Shown: piece after piece, positions 51,038-59,450 of the stretch
How the letters are laid out: the number at the start of each line of letters is the position of its first letter
Position numbering within the stretch: position 1 is the first letter of the stretch
NCBI GenBank assembly: GCA_902520385.1
Contig: CABYOB010000003.1
Coordinates: 2,845-66,844, forward strand
Source: an uncultured Bacteroidota bacterium
GTDB taxonomy: Bacteria; Bacteroidota; Bacteroidia; Flavobacteriales; TMED113
DNA: 64,000 nt
Reading direction: 5' to 3'
Notes under the pieces: model-generated
Told to the model about the DNA's origin: nothing
Seen by the model: the letters and a program-made list of their open reading frames with translations, nothing else
Databases searched by the model: none
Program-made: the position numbers and the translations under genes

Positions 51038-51159
51038 AAATAAACATCTATATATAGTATAAAATGCATGATTATTTAATTTAATCAAAAAAAATAACTA
51101 TTACGTTGTGTTTTATATAATGTGATTTATACATTTAATTAAAAATTTATATTTGAGTT

Positions 51160-52149
51160 ATGAAAAAGCTAATTATTTTATTAATTATTCCAGTTATATC
51201 TTTAGCGCAAGATTATTTAACGTTTAATCATAATGGCATACAAAGAGATTATATTTATTATGAGCCCAATAATATTGAGACAGAAGCCCCGTTAGTTTTT
51301 GTTGCCCATGGTTATTCCGGAAGTGCACAAGGAATTATGAATTACTGTGGCATGAATTATATAGCTGACCAATTTGGATTTGCAGTATGTTATCCTGAGG
51401 GAACATCTGATAATTGGGGAACAAATTTTTGGAATGTGGGTTATGAATTTACAACAGGAAGTAATATTAATGATATTGATTTTATAACAGAACTAGCCGC
51501 CTTTTTACAAAATGAAAATAACCTTAGTGTTGAAAACACTTTTTTAACAGGTATGTCTAACGGTGCTGAACTATGTTATTTAATTGCATGTGAACAACCT
51601 GGTTTGTTTAAAGCATTTGCCCCTGTAGCAGGAACAATTTTTCCTAATGGACTCACAAACAATACATGTAACGGAGAACCAGTTTCAATATTTGAGCTTC
51701 ATGGTATTAATGATAATATAACGCTATTTGAGGGTGATTCAAATGATCAATTTTGGGGCCCATATTTAGGGATAGACTCTATAGTAAATTATTGGACAGA
51801 GATTAATCAATTAGATGAGTTGAATATTGACACATTGCCGAATCTTAATAATAACAATAAGTTTACAGTGAGCTATAAATATTCTTCTAAAATGAGCAAT
51901 AAACAATTTTGGTTATATAAACATAAAGATGGGCATTCTTGGGATATAGACGATATTAATGTTGCGCAAGAAATATGGGATTTCTTTTCTCAATTTTTAT
52001 CTACTAATAATTCTTCCATAAGTATTTTTAATAATGAAAAGTTTTTGTTAAAAACAATTGATGTTTTGGGAAGAGAAACTACCAACAAAGGTTTTCAACT
52101 ACATATATATAATGATGGTAGTACAGAGAAGAAGTACATAATAGAATAG
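51160..52149 (+). CDS. secreted alpha/beta hydrolase (PHB-depolymerase/esterase family-like) with short C-terminal tag
   Basis: HGYSGSA, the nucleophile elbow GMSNGA, and HGINDN. The tail is LLKTIDVLGRETTNKGFQLHIYNDGSTEKKYIIE. Confidence 0.55.
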   Translation: MKKLIILLIIPVISLAQDYLTFNHNGIQRDYIYYEPNNIETEAPLVFVAHGYSGSAQGIMNYCGMNYIADQFGFAVCYPEGTSDNWGTNFWNVGYEFTTGSNINDIDFITELAAFLQNENNLSVENTFLTGMSNGAELCYLIACEQPGLFKAFAPVAGTIFPNGLTNNTCNGEPVSIFELHGINDNITLFEGDSNDQFWGPYLGIDSIVNYWTEINQLDELNIDTLPNLNNNNKFTVSYKYSSKMSNKQFWLYKHKDGHSWDIDDINVAQEIWDFFSQFLSTNNSSISIFNNEKFLLKTIDVLGRETTNKGFQLHIYNDGSTEKKYIIE

Positions 52150-52175
52150 TTTTTTTTATTTAAATAAAAACAAAT

Positions 52176-52622
52176 ATGAGCAACAAAGTGCCGCCGCCAA
52201 TTATAACCTTAATATGTGGATTTTTGATTTATCTATCTAAACCTTTTTTTCCGGAATTAATTTTCAATTATGCTAACATACTTAGTTTGTTTTTTTTAAT
52301 ATTAGGCCTTAGTATAATTGTTATATCTTTTCGTTTATTTAAAAAAGAAAAAACTACCATTAATCCAATTATGATTGAAAAGGCTTCGTTGTTAGTTACT
52401 AGTGGAGTTTTTAAATATTCTAGAAACCCAATGTATCTTGGAATGGTATTAATTTTGATTTCAATAAGTATCAAATTTAACTTCTATGGAGGCGTTCTTA
52501 TAGTTGCTGGATTCTTTTTTTTTATAACATACTTTCAAATTATTCCAGAAGAAAAGGCCATGTTGAAATTATTTGGAAAAGAATTTATAAAGTATAAAAA
52601 ACAAACTAGAAGATGGATTTAA
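52176..52622 (+). CDS. ICMT/phospholipid methyltransferase-family membrane protein
   Basis: SGVFKYSRNPMYLGMVLILI block with 4 TM helices. Confidence 0.6.
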   Translation: MSNKVPPPIITLICGFLIYLSKPFFPELIFNYANILSLFFLILGLSIIVISFRLFKKEKTTINPIMIEKASLLVTSGVFKYSRNPMYLGMVLILISISIKFNFYGGVLIVAGFFFFITYFQIIPEEKAMLKLFGKEFIKYKKQTRRWI

Positions 52623-52630
52623 TATATTTA
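52623..52630 (+). promoter_or_regulatory. -7 box TATATTTA, cassette-like
   Basis: Ends 21 nt before ATG 52651. The downstream TACAATTAAATAATATTACT resembles the shared 5'UTR. Confidence 0.4.
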
Positions 52631-52650
52631 TACAATTAAATAATATTACT

Positions 52651-54477
52651 ATGAAAAAAGTAATATTTGTATTAATTATTCCTTTTTTAAATTTTGGGCA
52701 AGACTCCCAAAATTTTTTTAAAGATTTTCAATTAGAATTAGATACTTTCTATCGTTCTATACCAACTGCTAATTTTGGAGGACAAACATGGAGGGGGCCG
52801 TCTTGGGTAGATGAGACGTTTAATGACTCCGTAGCTACAATGTATCCAGATGTATTAGCTTTTCCTCCAGCTCCAGATTTATGGGATTGGCAGAGTGGCT
52901 GGTTTTACCCCCAAACAACACTAGATACATGTTGTGTAGATTCCATCAATTTAAATTGGGGTCAATTAAATGCAGAAATTATAGAAATAACTCCTGAAAA
53001 TTTTCAAAATGCTTTAAATCAAATTGGTGCAGAGGGTTTATATTGTTTGAATATGATTAGCAGTAGTATTTCGAAGCAATTATCGGATTTACATTCTGCT
53101 AAAAATAATGGAGTTAATATAGAAAGAATTAGATTAGGAGATGAAATGGGAAAAGCGGGAAATGAGCATAGTATTAGTCATTACCCTACTGCTGAAGATT
53201 ATGCTTTAACATGTGACATTTATATTGATTCAATTAGACAGTTTCTTCCTAACACAAAAATTGCAGTATCAGCGGGCAACTTTGGTAGTTCCAATCCAAG
53301 AGCTCAGTATTGGAATGAAGCTTTATATAATATGGAGAATCCAGCGGATGCATTTAGATGGTCGGCATTTTTTTATCTAAAAGAAGCAGATACTATATTT
53401 ACTACTAAACAATTACTTGCATATGCTTTTGATCAAATTCCAACATATGAATCAGTAAGATGCTTTCAGGATACAATTAATGATTTGCAGGATTATGAGT
53501 TGTGGGTAGGTTATGGTATTACAGATAATACATTAGATAAAAGATATGTCAATCGATGGAGTTTAGTTTTAATGTATAGCACTTCTCATCACTTATTTTT
53601 AACTAATAAGTTAGTGGAAGACATAAGTATGTTTAATGTGGGGGGTATTTTTGAAAATTGGGATGCGTTAGATACTCAAAATAATTTTAGAAAAAGAGCC
53701 ACAGGAGTTTTTGCTAGTATTTGGAATAAAGCAAAATTGGGAAAAAACAGAACCGCTCAAATAAAAACACCTATAAATTTAATTGATACGGTTACTTATT
53801 ATAATAATAATAATGTGCCAAGAGAAGTTCCGTACCCTAAGCTTTTTGGATGGAGGTTTGAGAATGACTCAACATATCAAGCTTCTGTTATTTTAACAAA
53901 TATTTCAAGTGAACCCATATCTGTTTCAATAGATAACTTTATTTCATCCGATAATGTTTTTTGGGAGAAGTGGAGCTCAGATTCTTTATTTGATGTCATA
54001 GATAGTGTAAATTATATTAATATGACCTTGGATAGTGGCCTTACAAATATTTTATTACCTCCTTATTCTATAAATGTAATGCTTGAAAACTGTATTAATG
54101 ATGTAGATAATGATGGTTTATGTGATGAGTTAGATGAATGTGTTGGAGTATATGATGAGTGTGGTGTGTGCAATGGAAACGGAACTACATTATATTATGA
54201 TTGTGATGGAAATTGTATTAGCGACATAGATTTTGATGAGGTTTGCGATGAATTAGATAACTGCCCTGAAGATTATAATCCTAATCAAGAAGACTTTAAT
54301 TTAGACAATATAGGAGATGCTTGTGATAGTATAGGTTTAGATGAAACTGTGACACAAAGAAAATTGATTAAAGTAGTTGATGTGTTGGGTAGAAAAATAA
54401 ATAAAGAAAAGAAAGAAATACTATTACTATATATTTACGATGATGGTAGTGTAGAAAAGGAATATATATTAGAATAA
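52651..54477 (+). CDS. large secreted protein: unknown N-domain (possibly TIM-barrel glycosidase-like), thrombospondin type-3-like repeats, short C-terminal tag
   Basis: Signal peptide ends ...FGQ. It has DNCPEDYNPNQEDFNLDNIGDACD. The tail is LIKVVDVLGRKINKEKKEILLLYIYDDGSVEKEYILE. The N-domain assignment is a guess. Confidence 0.5.
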   Translation: MKKVIFVLIIPFLNFGQDSQNFFKDFQLELDTFYRSIPTANFGGQTWRGPSWVDETFNDSVATMYPDVLAFPPAPDLWDWQSGWFYPQTTLDTCCVDSINLNWGQLNAEIIEITPENFQNALNQIGAEGLYCLNMISSSISKQLSDLHSAKNNGVNIERIRLGDEMGKAGNEHSISHYPTAEDYALTCDIYIDSIRQFLPNTKIAVSAGNFGSSNPRAQYWNEALYNMENPADAFRWSAFFYLKEADTIFTTKQLLAYAFDQIPTYESVRCFQDTINDLQDYELWVGYGITDNTLDKRYVNRWSLVLMYSTSHHLFLTNKLVEDISMFNVGGIFENWDALDTQNNFRKRATGVFASIWNKAKLGKNRTAQIKTPINLIDTVTYYNNNNVPREVPYPKLFGWRFENDSTYQASVILTNISSEPISVSIDNFISSDNVFWEKWSSDSLFDVIDSVNYINMTLDSGLTNILLPPYSINVMLENCINDVDNDGLCDELDECVGVYDECGVCNGNGTTLYYDCDGNCISDIDFDEVCDELDNCPEDYNPNQEDFNLDNIGDACDSIGLDETVTQRKLIKVVDVLGRKINKEKKEILLLYIYDDGSVEKEYILE

Positions 54478-54500
54478 CCCGTTGAATTTATAGTATTAGT

Positions 54501-54911
54501 ATGAAAAAAATAATAAGAGAACACATCATTCCTTTTAAAAGCAGCCCTATTCTTTTTATGGAAGTCTTGATTATGTTGTTCATGAAAATAAAAGTGCTGC
54601 AATTTTTGGAAAAACCACACGAATATATTTCAGAAAAAAATCCTAAAGTTTATAAAATATTGCAAATAGTCTGTTTAATTCTCTGGATTGCATATTTTAT
54701 TGCCACATTGATCATGGTAATTTCAGGACATGGTGATGGTTTTGTGACAAGTTTGATTCTTTTAGTATTTGCTGCAGCCTTGCCACTAGCTATAACTTTA
54801 CTTTATATGATAACAATTGTACAGGCATTAATTTCTGCTTTGATATTTGCTTTTTTTTCTTCTATTATAATATGGCTTTTTGCTTGTTTAATTAGTCTTT
54901 TTTTTAAATAG
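54501..54911 (+). CDS. hypothetical membrane protein
   Basis: 136 aa with about 3 TM helices and no recognisable domain. Confidence 0.4.
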   Translation: MKKIIREHIIPFKSSPILFMEVLIMLFMKIKVLQFLEKPHEYISEKNPKVYKILQIVCLILWIAYFIATLIMVISGHGDGFVTSLILLVFAAALPLAITLLYMITIVQALISALIFAFFSSIIIWLFACLISLFFK

Positions 54912-55003
54912 CATCAACACTATTATTAATTAATAATAGATTTACATGTTACTACACTTAAATTAAAGCAAACTATGTGTTCTTTTAAAAATTATAAAAC
55001 CAA

Positions 55004-55011
55004 TATATTTA
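55004..55011 (+). promoter_or_regulatory. -7 box TATATTTA, promoter cassette copy
   Basis: AAAACCAATATATTTATATAATTAAATATCATTATT precedes ATG 55032. The box ends 21 nt before the start codon. Confidence 0.45.
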
Positions 55012-55031
55012 TATAATTAAATATCATTATT

Positions 55032-55301
55032 ATGAAAAAATTATGTTTTTTAATTTTGTCTTTATTAGAGTTGCCATTTTTAATTTTTCATGGATTAATT
55101 TTTTTTTGGATGTTGATTTGTAAAACTATTTCAACTTTTTTCTTTCCTTTTGTGATTTTTGCTATAGTAACAATGCCAATAACTTTTATAAATGGAATTA
55201 TTATAACTTCAATAATTTATATAAAAAATAATATTGTTGGCAATCATATGAATTTTTCACAAGCAGGAAAAATACACCTTTCTCGTTTCCCAGAGTTATA
55301 A
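55032..55301 (+). CDS. hypothetical membrane protein
   Basis: 89 aa with 2-3 TM helices. Confidence 0.4.
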   Translation: MKKLCFLILSLLELPFLIFHGLIFFWMLICKTISTFFFPFVIFAIVTMPITFINGIIITSIIYIKNNIVGNHMNFSQAGKIHLSRFPEL

Positions 55302-55598
55302 TTGATTTTTTTTATTAAAAAAACTCAATAAAAGTCCACACCCAACAATAATATCTATTACATTCCACAACTCTCTTCCTAAACTTATTTTTAAAAAAGG
55401 CTGAAACAGACAAGCTAAGGTGGCATATATAATCACCAAATTAGCGTTTTGATTATTAGATGCCTGCATCGCTAAACAGCTAAAAATAATAAAACTAAAA
55501 AATCGTACTAATTGATAATAGCCATAAGGCATATCTAAAAGACAAATAAATAATAAAACACTTAAAATTATTTTACTAAAATTTAATTCTTTTTCCAT
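55296..55598 (-). CDS. small membrane protein, DUF6804-like
   Basis: 100 aa. The pattern LDMPYGYYQLVRFFSFIIF matches my memory of DUF6804. The call is tentative. Confidence 0.4.
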   Translation of the reverse strand: MEKELNFSKIILSVLLFICLLDMPYGYYQLVRFFSFIIFSCLAMQASNNQNANLVIIYATLACLFQPFLKISLGRELWNVIDIIVGCGLLLSFFNKKNQL

Positions 55599-55715
55599 TT
55601 GTTATTTATCATTTAGGTTGTTAATTATTTATTGTATGAATTTAACAAAATATATATTACAATCTAAGTTACATCAGTCATAGATTTACATATTCTTAAA
55701 CTGATTTAAAACCAC

Positions 55716-55723
55716 TATATTTA
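55716..55723 (+). promoter_or_regulatory. -7 box TATATTTA, promoter cassette copy
   Basis: TAGATTTACATATTCTTAAACTGATTTAAAACCACTATATTTA. The box ends 21 nt before ATG 55744. Confidence 0.45.
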
Positions 55724-55743
55724 AGTAAATAAATATTATTGTT

Positions 55744-56001
55744 ATGAACGTAAAAAAAACAGAAACTTTTATCACAAAAATGGGGGTTTATATTCTTTTA
55801 ATTTTAACTTTTATTGGAATAATTGCCGTATTTGACACGGCATTTTCTTGGAATATGTTTAGTGATTCTTTAGAGTTAGCTGGAGGAATATTTATAGGCA
55901 TATGCTTTATTTTAGTTATTTCTTCAGTACTAGTTAGCACAATGTTAAATATTTCAAGAATTGCTAATTCAATTGAAGAAATATCCAAAAGAAAACAATA
56001 G
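55744..56001 (+). CDS. hypothetical membrane protein
   Basis: 85 aa with 2 TM helices. Confidence 0.4.
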   Translation: MNVKKTETFITKMGVYILLILTFIGIIAVFDTAFSWNMFSDSLELAGGIFIGICFILVISSVLVSTMLNISRIANSIEEISKRKQ

Positions 56002-56033
56002 ATTTAGATATTTCTTCACAAACCTAAAACCAC

Positions 56034-56041
56034 TATATTTA
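56034..56041 (+). promoter_or_regulatory. -7 box TATATTTA, promoter cassette copy
   Basis: TAGATTTAGATATTTCTTCACAAACCTAAAACCACTATATTTATATAACTAAACACTATCGCT precedes ATG 56062, with 21-nt spacing. Confidence 0.45.
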
Positions 56042-56061
56042 TATAACTAAACACTATCGCT

Positions 56062-56610
56062 ATGAAGAATTTTCTAATATTATTAATTATTCCTTTTTTA
56101 AGTTTTGGTCAAGTCTTCACAGTTGATGATAATTATATACAAATGTACACTTCATCTCTGGAGGGCGAGTTCAGTGAAAATACATTTTTAAATACGTTAG
56201 AGGAAACAACGATTACTTATGAAATTATACTTGACTCTCTTCCATTAGGATGGGATTTTCAAAATTGCTTTCCTACTTGTAATCCAATAAATACATATAA
56301 TATTGATCCTCTTTCATTTCCCTCTGACTCAAGTATATATCTTAATGCTCACTTTTATCCAAATAGTATTTCTGGAGAAGGTCTATTAGTAATGGAGTTG
56401 AGTGCTAATCACGGCACATATTTAGATACAGTTAGTTGGAGGGCTATTGCTATGCCAGAATTCACTTTAAATGAATATTTAAATAAATCAACAAAAATTA
56501 AATACATATCTAATATATCAGGACAAAGGATTAGTGATTTACAATCAGAACAAGTTGTAATAGTAACTTATCAAAATAATCAAAGTAAGTTGGTTTACAT
56601 TTTAAAATAA
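56062..56610 (+). CDS. hypothetical secreted protein with degenerate short C-terminal tag
   Basis: Signal peptide ends ...FGQ. The tail is IKYISNISGQRISDLQSEQVVIVTYQNNQSKLVYILK. Confidence 0.45.
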   Translation: MKNFLILLIIPFLSFGQVFTVDDNYIQMYTSSLEGEFSENTFLNTLEETTITYEIILDSLPLGWDFQNCFPTCNPINTYNIDPLSFPSDSSIYLNAHFYPNSISGEGLLVMELSANHGTYLDTVSWRAIAMPEFTLNEYLNKSTKIKYISNISGQRISDLQSEQVVIVTYQNNQSKLVYILK

Positions 56611-56622
56611 AAAACCTAATAA

Positions 56623-57168
56623 TTGAAATATCTTTTTTATAAAATTTGGAGAAATAAAGTTCTAATAAAACTCTTCGGAAGAGGTGAGCTATTTAGGGTG
56701 CTATTTAACTTGTCTCCTATGTATAAAAATACTGGCGGTAAACTTATTAGAGTTAGTGATGATTTACATTACATAAAAGTTCAGTTGTTATTTAATTATA
56801 AAACCAGAAATTATGTGGGAACAATTTACGGAGGGCATATGTATAGCTCAATTGATGGCATTTATGTTATTCAACTTATTCATATTTTAGGTGATAATTA
56901 TATAGTGTGGGATAAATCAGCAAAAATAAAATTTAAAAGACCTGCAAGCAAAACGTTATTTGCAGATTTTAAAATAACACCAGAATTAGTAGCACAAATA
57001 AAAATAGATATACAAAAAGAGAAAAAAAAAGATTATAATTTCTTTGTTAATCTGACCGATTTAAATGGGGATATATATGCAGAAGTTGAAAAAGTAATTT
57101 ATATAGCATCAAAGGAATATTATAAAGCAAAAACAATTAATTCCGCAATAATGAAATTTAATAAATAG
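56623..57168 (+). CDS. DUF4442-like (hotdog-fold) protein
   Basis: FNLSPMYKNTGGKL...YKTRNYVGTIYGG pattern, with a TTG start. Confidence 0.55.
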   Translation: MKYLFYKIWRNKVLIKLFGRGELFRVLFNLSPMYKNTGGKLIRVSDDLHYIKVQLLFNYKTRNYVGTIYGGHMYSSIDGIYVIQLIHILGDNYIVWDKSAKIKFKRPASKTLFADFKITPELVAQIKIDIQKEKKKDYNFFVNLTDLNGDIYAEVEKVIYIASKEYYKAKTINSAIMKFNK

Positions 57169-57225
57169 AAAAGCCATCTAAATTAGACTTTTCACTTTCT
57201 ATACTAAAACCATTATATTAAAATA

Positions 57226-57420
57226 AAAGCACCCACTTTCGTAGATGCTTTATCTGTTGCTCCCCCTCTCGTCCTCAGTTCGAACCATTTAGAAGAATCT
57301 TAATTTTTTCATCTGTTGTATGAAGAGATATTAAAAGATATAAAACAACTTAAGTTGCATTAGTAATAGATTTACATATTCCTACACTAACCTAAAACTA
57401 CTATATTTAAAATATGAACA
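57226..57420. repeat. GC-rich intergenic element, copy 1 (core plus promoter module)
   Basis: TGCTCCCCCTCTCGTCCTCAGTTCGAACCATTTAGAAGAATCTTA...CATCTGTTGTATGAAGAGATA..AAAAGATATAAAACAAC..TAGATTTACATATTCCTACACTAACCTAAAAC aligns almost base for base with 62980-63140. Confidence 0.8.
57402..57409 (+). promoter_or_regulatory. orphan -7 box TATATTTA pointing into the 3' end of the convergent csp gene
   Basis: This promoter-cassette copy has no plus-strand gene behind it, only ATGAACACGTAA. The next feature is csp on the minus strand. Confidence 0.35.
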
Positions 57421-57431
57421 CGTAATTAAAA

Positions 57432-57620
57432 CTATACAGGTCGTACATTTACAGCCCGCATTCCTTTTTGGTCCTCTTCTAATTCAAACTCAACAGAGTC
57501 GCCATCTTTAATTTGCTGAGAAACACCCGTTGTGTGTACAAAGTAATCTTTCCCTCCCTCTTCATTAATAAAACCAAATCCTTTGGTTTGATTAAAAAAC
57601 TTTACTGTTCCTTTTTTCAT
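57432..57620 (-). CDS. cold-shock protein (CspA family)
   Basis: MKKGTVKFFNQTKGFGFI...YFVH. 62 aa. Confidence 0.9.
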   Translation of the reverse strand: MKKGTVKFFNQTKGFGFINEEGGKDYFVHTTGVSQQIKDGDSVEFELEEDQKGMRAVNVRPV

Positions 57621-57762
57621 TTTATATTTTTAAAAATTAATGTGCGAATATACTAAAAGAAATAAAACAACCTAACTTAAAGAAGCAATAGATTTAGATA
57701 TTTCTTCACAAACCTAAAACCCCCATCTAAATTAGACTTTTCACTTTCTTTACTAAAACCAC

Positions 57763-57770
57763 TATATTTA
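57763..57770 (+). promoter_or_regulatory. -7 box TATATTTA, promoter cassette copy (composite)
   Basis: Two partial cassettes are joined here (…CACAAACCTAAAACC | CCATCTAAATTAGACTTTTCACTTTCTTTACTAAAACCACTATATTTA). The site is 30 nt before ATG 57800. Confidence 0.4.
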
Positions 57771-57799
57771 TATAAATAAATACAGTTCTTATTTATAAG

Positions 57800-58999
57800 A
57801 TGAAGAAAACTCCGGTAATAATTCTTAATGGCTTTTTAGGTGCTGGCAAAACAACACTTTTTGGCAATCTTCTAAATCAATCAAAAAAAAGCAACATTTC
57901 AATTTGTGCTGTAGTTAACGACATGAGTGAATTAGATGTTGATGGAACATTACTGGGAAGTAACCCTCTAATTGAAGAGGATAAAAAAATTATGAAATCT
58001 ATTTCTTCCTGTGTTTTGAGTAGTAAAAAAGGAATAAAAAAACTTGATTTTGCAATTAATAGTTTTTTAAATAGTAAAAAACCAGATTTAATAATTGTTG
58101 AAACATCTGGCAGTTGTCATCCTATGCCATTGATTAGATATTTTAAAGAACATCAAAAGGTTATGCTTACTGGGGTTTTGGTTCTTATTGATAGTTTGTT
58201 GATGGCTCATGACTACAAATGTGGAGAAACGCTAGTTCCAAAAATGCAAGATAATATGAGATTAGGCCAAAGAGACACCACTAATTTATTAGTTGAGCAG
58301 ATATTATTTTGCAGTCACATAATTCTTACTAAAGGCGATAGAGTTAATAAAGACAGCCTATCACAAATTTCTAATTTTATTAAAAAAATTAATTCTTTTG
58401 TATCAGTGCATTCAGTGATTTATGGTAGGTTAAAAATAGAATCTTTATTAGAAATTGGAGAATACAATTATTTTAATGTTGCTCAGTTATTTGATGAACT
58501 ACAACCAATCTTAGACTCAGAAGAGGATTCCGATAAACCATATGATTTAGCTACAAGAGTAATAAATGATGATCGTCCATTTCACCCCGAAAGATTATGG
58601 AATGTTTGTCACCAATATTTAGATAAATCAATAAATCGGAGTAAGGGATTTTTTTGGCTTGCTAGTCGGAATAAATATGCTTTACTTTGGAGTCAAGCAG
58701 CTGGGGATGTTGGTCTTGAAATTGTAGGTACATGGAGAGCTTCAATTGTAGAAGACGAAAACCATGGTCTATTGGAATTAGAAATTGACTCACTTAAAAA
58801 GCAATTATTAAAGGAAAATAAACGTTTTGGAGATCGTCATTGTAGTCTCACAATCATCGGTAATAAAAATAAAGTAGATCAATTTACTAATAAACTAAAA
58901 GAATGTTTTCTTACAGAAGAAGAAATAAAAGTTTGGCAACAAGAGCATAAATTTAAGGACCCTTGGCCGAAGAAAATTGTTAAAATAATGAATAAATAA
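57800..58999 (+). CDS. COG0523 (CobW/YjiA-like) G3E GTPase, atypical metal site
   Basis: Walker A is GFLGAGKTTL, and ETSG and TKGD motifs are present. The position of the canonical GCxCC reads SSCVLSS. Confidence 0.75.
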   Translation: MKKTPVIILNGFLGAGKTTLFGNLLNQSKKSNISICAVVNDMSELDVDGTLLGSNPLIEEDKKIMKSISSCVLSSKKGIKKLDFAINSFLNSKKPDLIIVETSGSCHPMPLIRYFKEHQKVMLTGVLVLIDSLLMAHDYKCGETLVPKMQDNMRLGQRDTTNLLVEQILFCSHIILTKGDRVNKDSLSQISNFIKKINSFVSVHSVIYGRLKIESLLEIGEYNYFNVAQLFDELQPILDSEEDSDKPYDLATRVINDDRPFHPERLWNVCHQYLDKSINRSKGFFWLASRNKYALLWSQAAGDVGLEIVGTWRASIVEDENHGLLELEIDSLKKQLLKENKRFGDRHCSLTIIGNKNKVDQFTNKLKECFLTEEEIKVWQQEHKFKDPWPKKIVKIMNK

Positions 59000-59013
59000 A
59001 TTCATTAATATTT

Positions 59014-59160
59014 AAAAAACCCACCAATTAAGGTGGGCTTTAGTTAATGTGACGTGTAGCGGTTTCGCCTGCTCCCCCTACTGAGCTATTATCGAACCAA
59101 TTAAGGAAAGATGCACATCAGTTACATCTGTTATCCTTAGAGATTCCAGAATTTCAATTA
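59014..59160. repeat. GC-rich intergenic element, copy 2 (divergent right half)
   Basis: The first 66 nt (59014-59079) are identical to 62924-62989. The sequence then diverges but keeps TCGAACCA.TTA and a CATCTGTT hairpin. Confidence 0.8.
59020..59037. terminator. hairpin CCCACC-AATTAA-GGTGGG (bidirectional terminator candidate)
   Basis: Lies 21 nt after the COG0523 stop. A-run on the 5' side and CTTTAGTT on the 3' side. On the minus strand it is followed by TTTTTT. Confidence 0.55.
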
Positions 59161-59215
59161 GAAAGTTAATTCAATATCGTTATGTGTTTCTATTCCTTTA
59201 CTTTACTAAAACTAG

Positions 59216-59223
59216 TATATTTG
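59216..59223 (+). promoter_or_regulatory. -7 box TATATTTG
   Basis: TACTAAAACTAGTATATTTG, ending 21 nt before ATG 59244. Confidence 0.45.
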
Positions 59224-59243
59224 TAATCATTAAATATTATTAT

Positions 59244-59450
59244 ATGAATAACGAAACTGATAATAATCCATTGGGGCTAGAAAACAAAAAATACACAGTT
59301 AAAGAGTTTGCCTCTGCTATTAGAACTAAATTCAATGTTAATGATAGTCTTCCTGATATAATGTTAGTCAATGTTTTTATTGATAAATACCCTATGTACG
59401 GTTGTAAAATCAAAGAAACACAAAATACAGGAAGCTGTTCTTGTTGTTAA
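59244..59450 (+). CDS. small protein with C-terminal CSCC tail
   Basis: Start chosen at MNNETDN from promoter spacing; the track ORF begins at 59184. The protein ends ...YGCKIKETQNTGSCSCC. Confidence 0.45.
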   Translation: MNNETDNNPLGLENKKYTVKEFASAIRTKFNVNDSLPDIMLVNVFIDKYPMYGCKIKETQNTGSCSCC

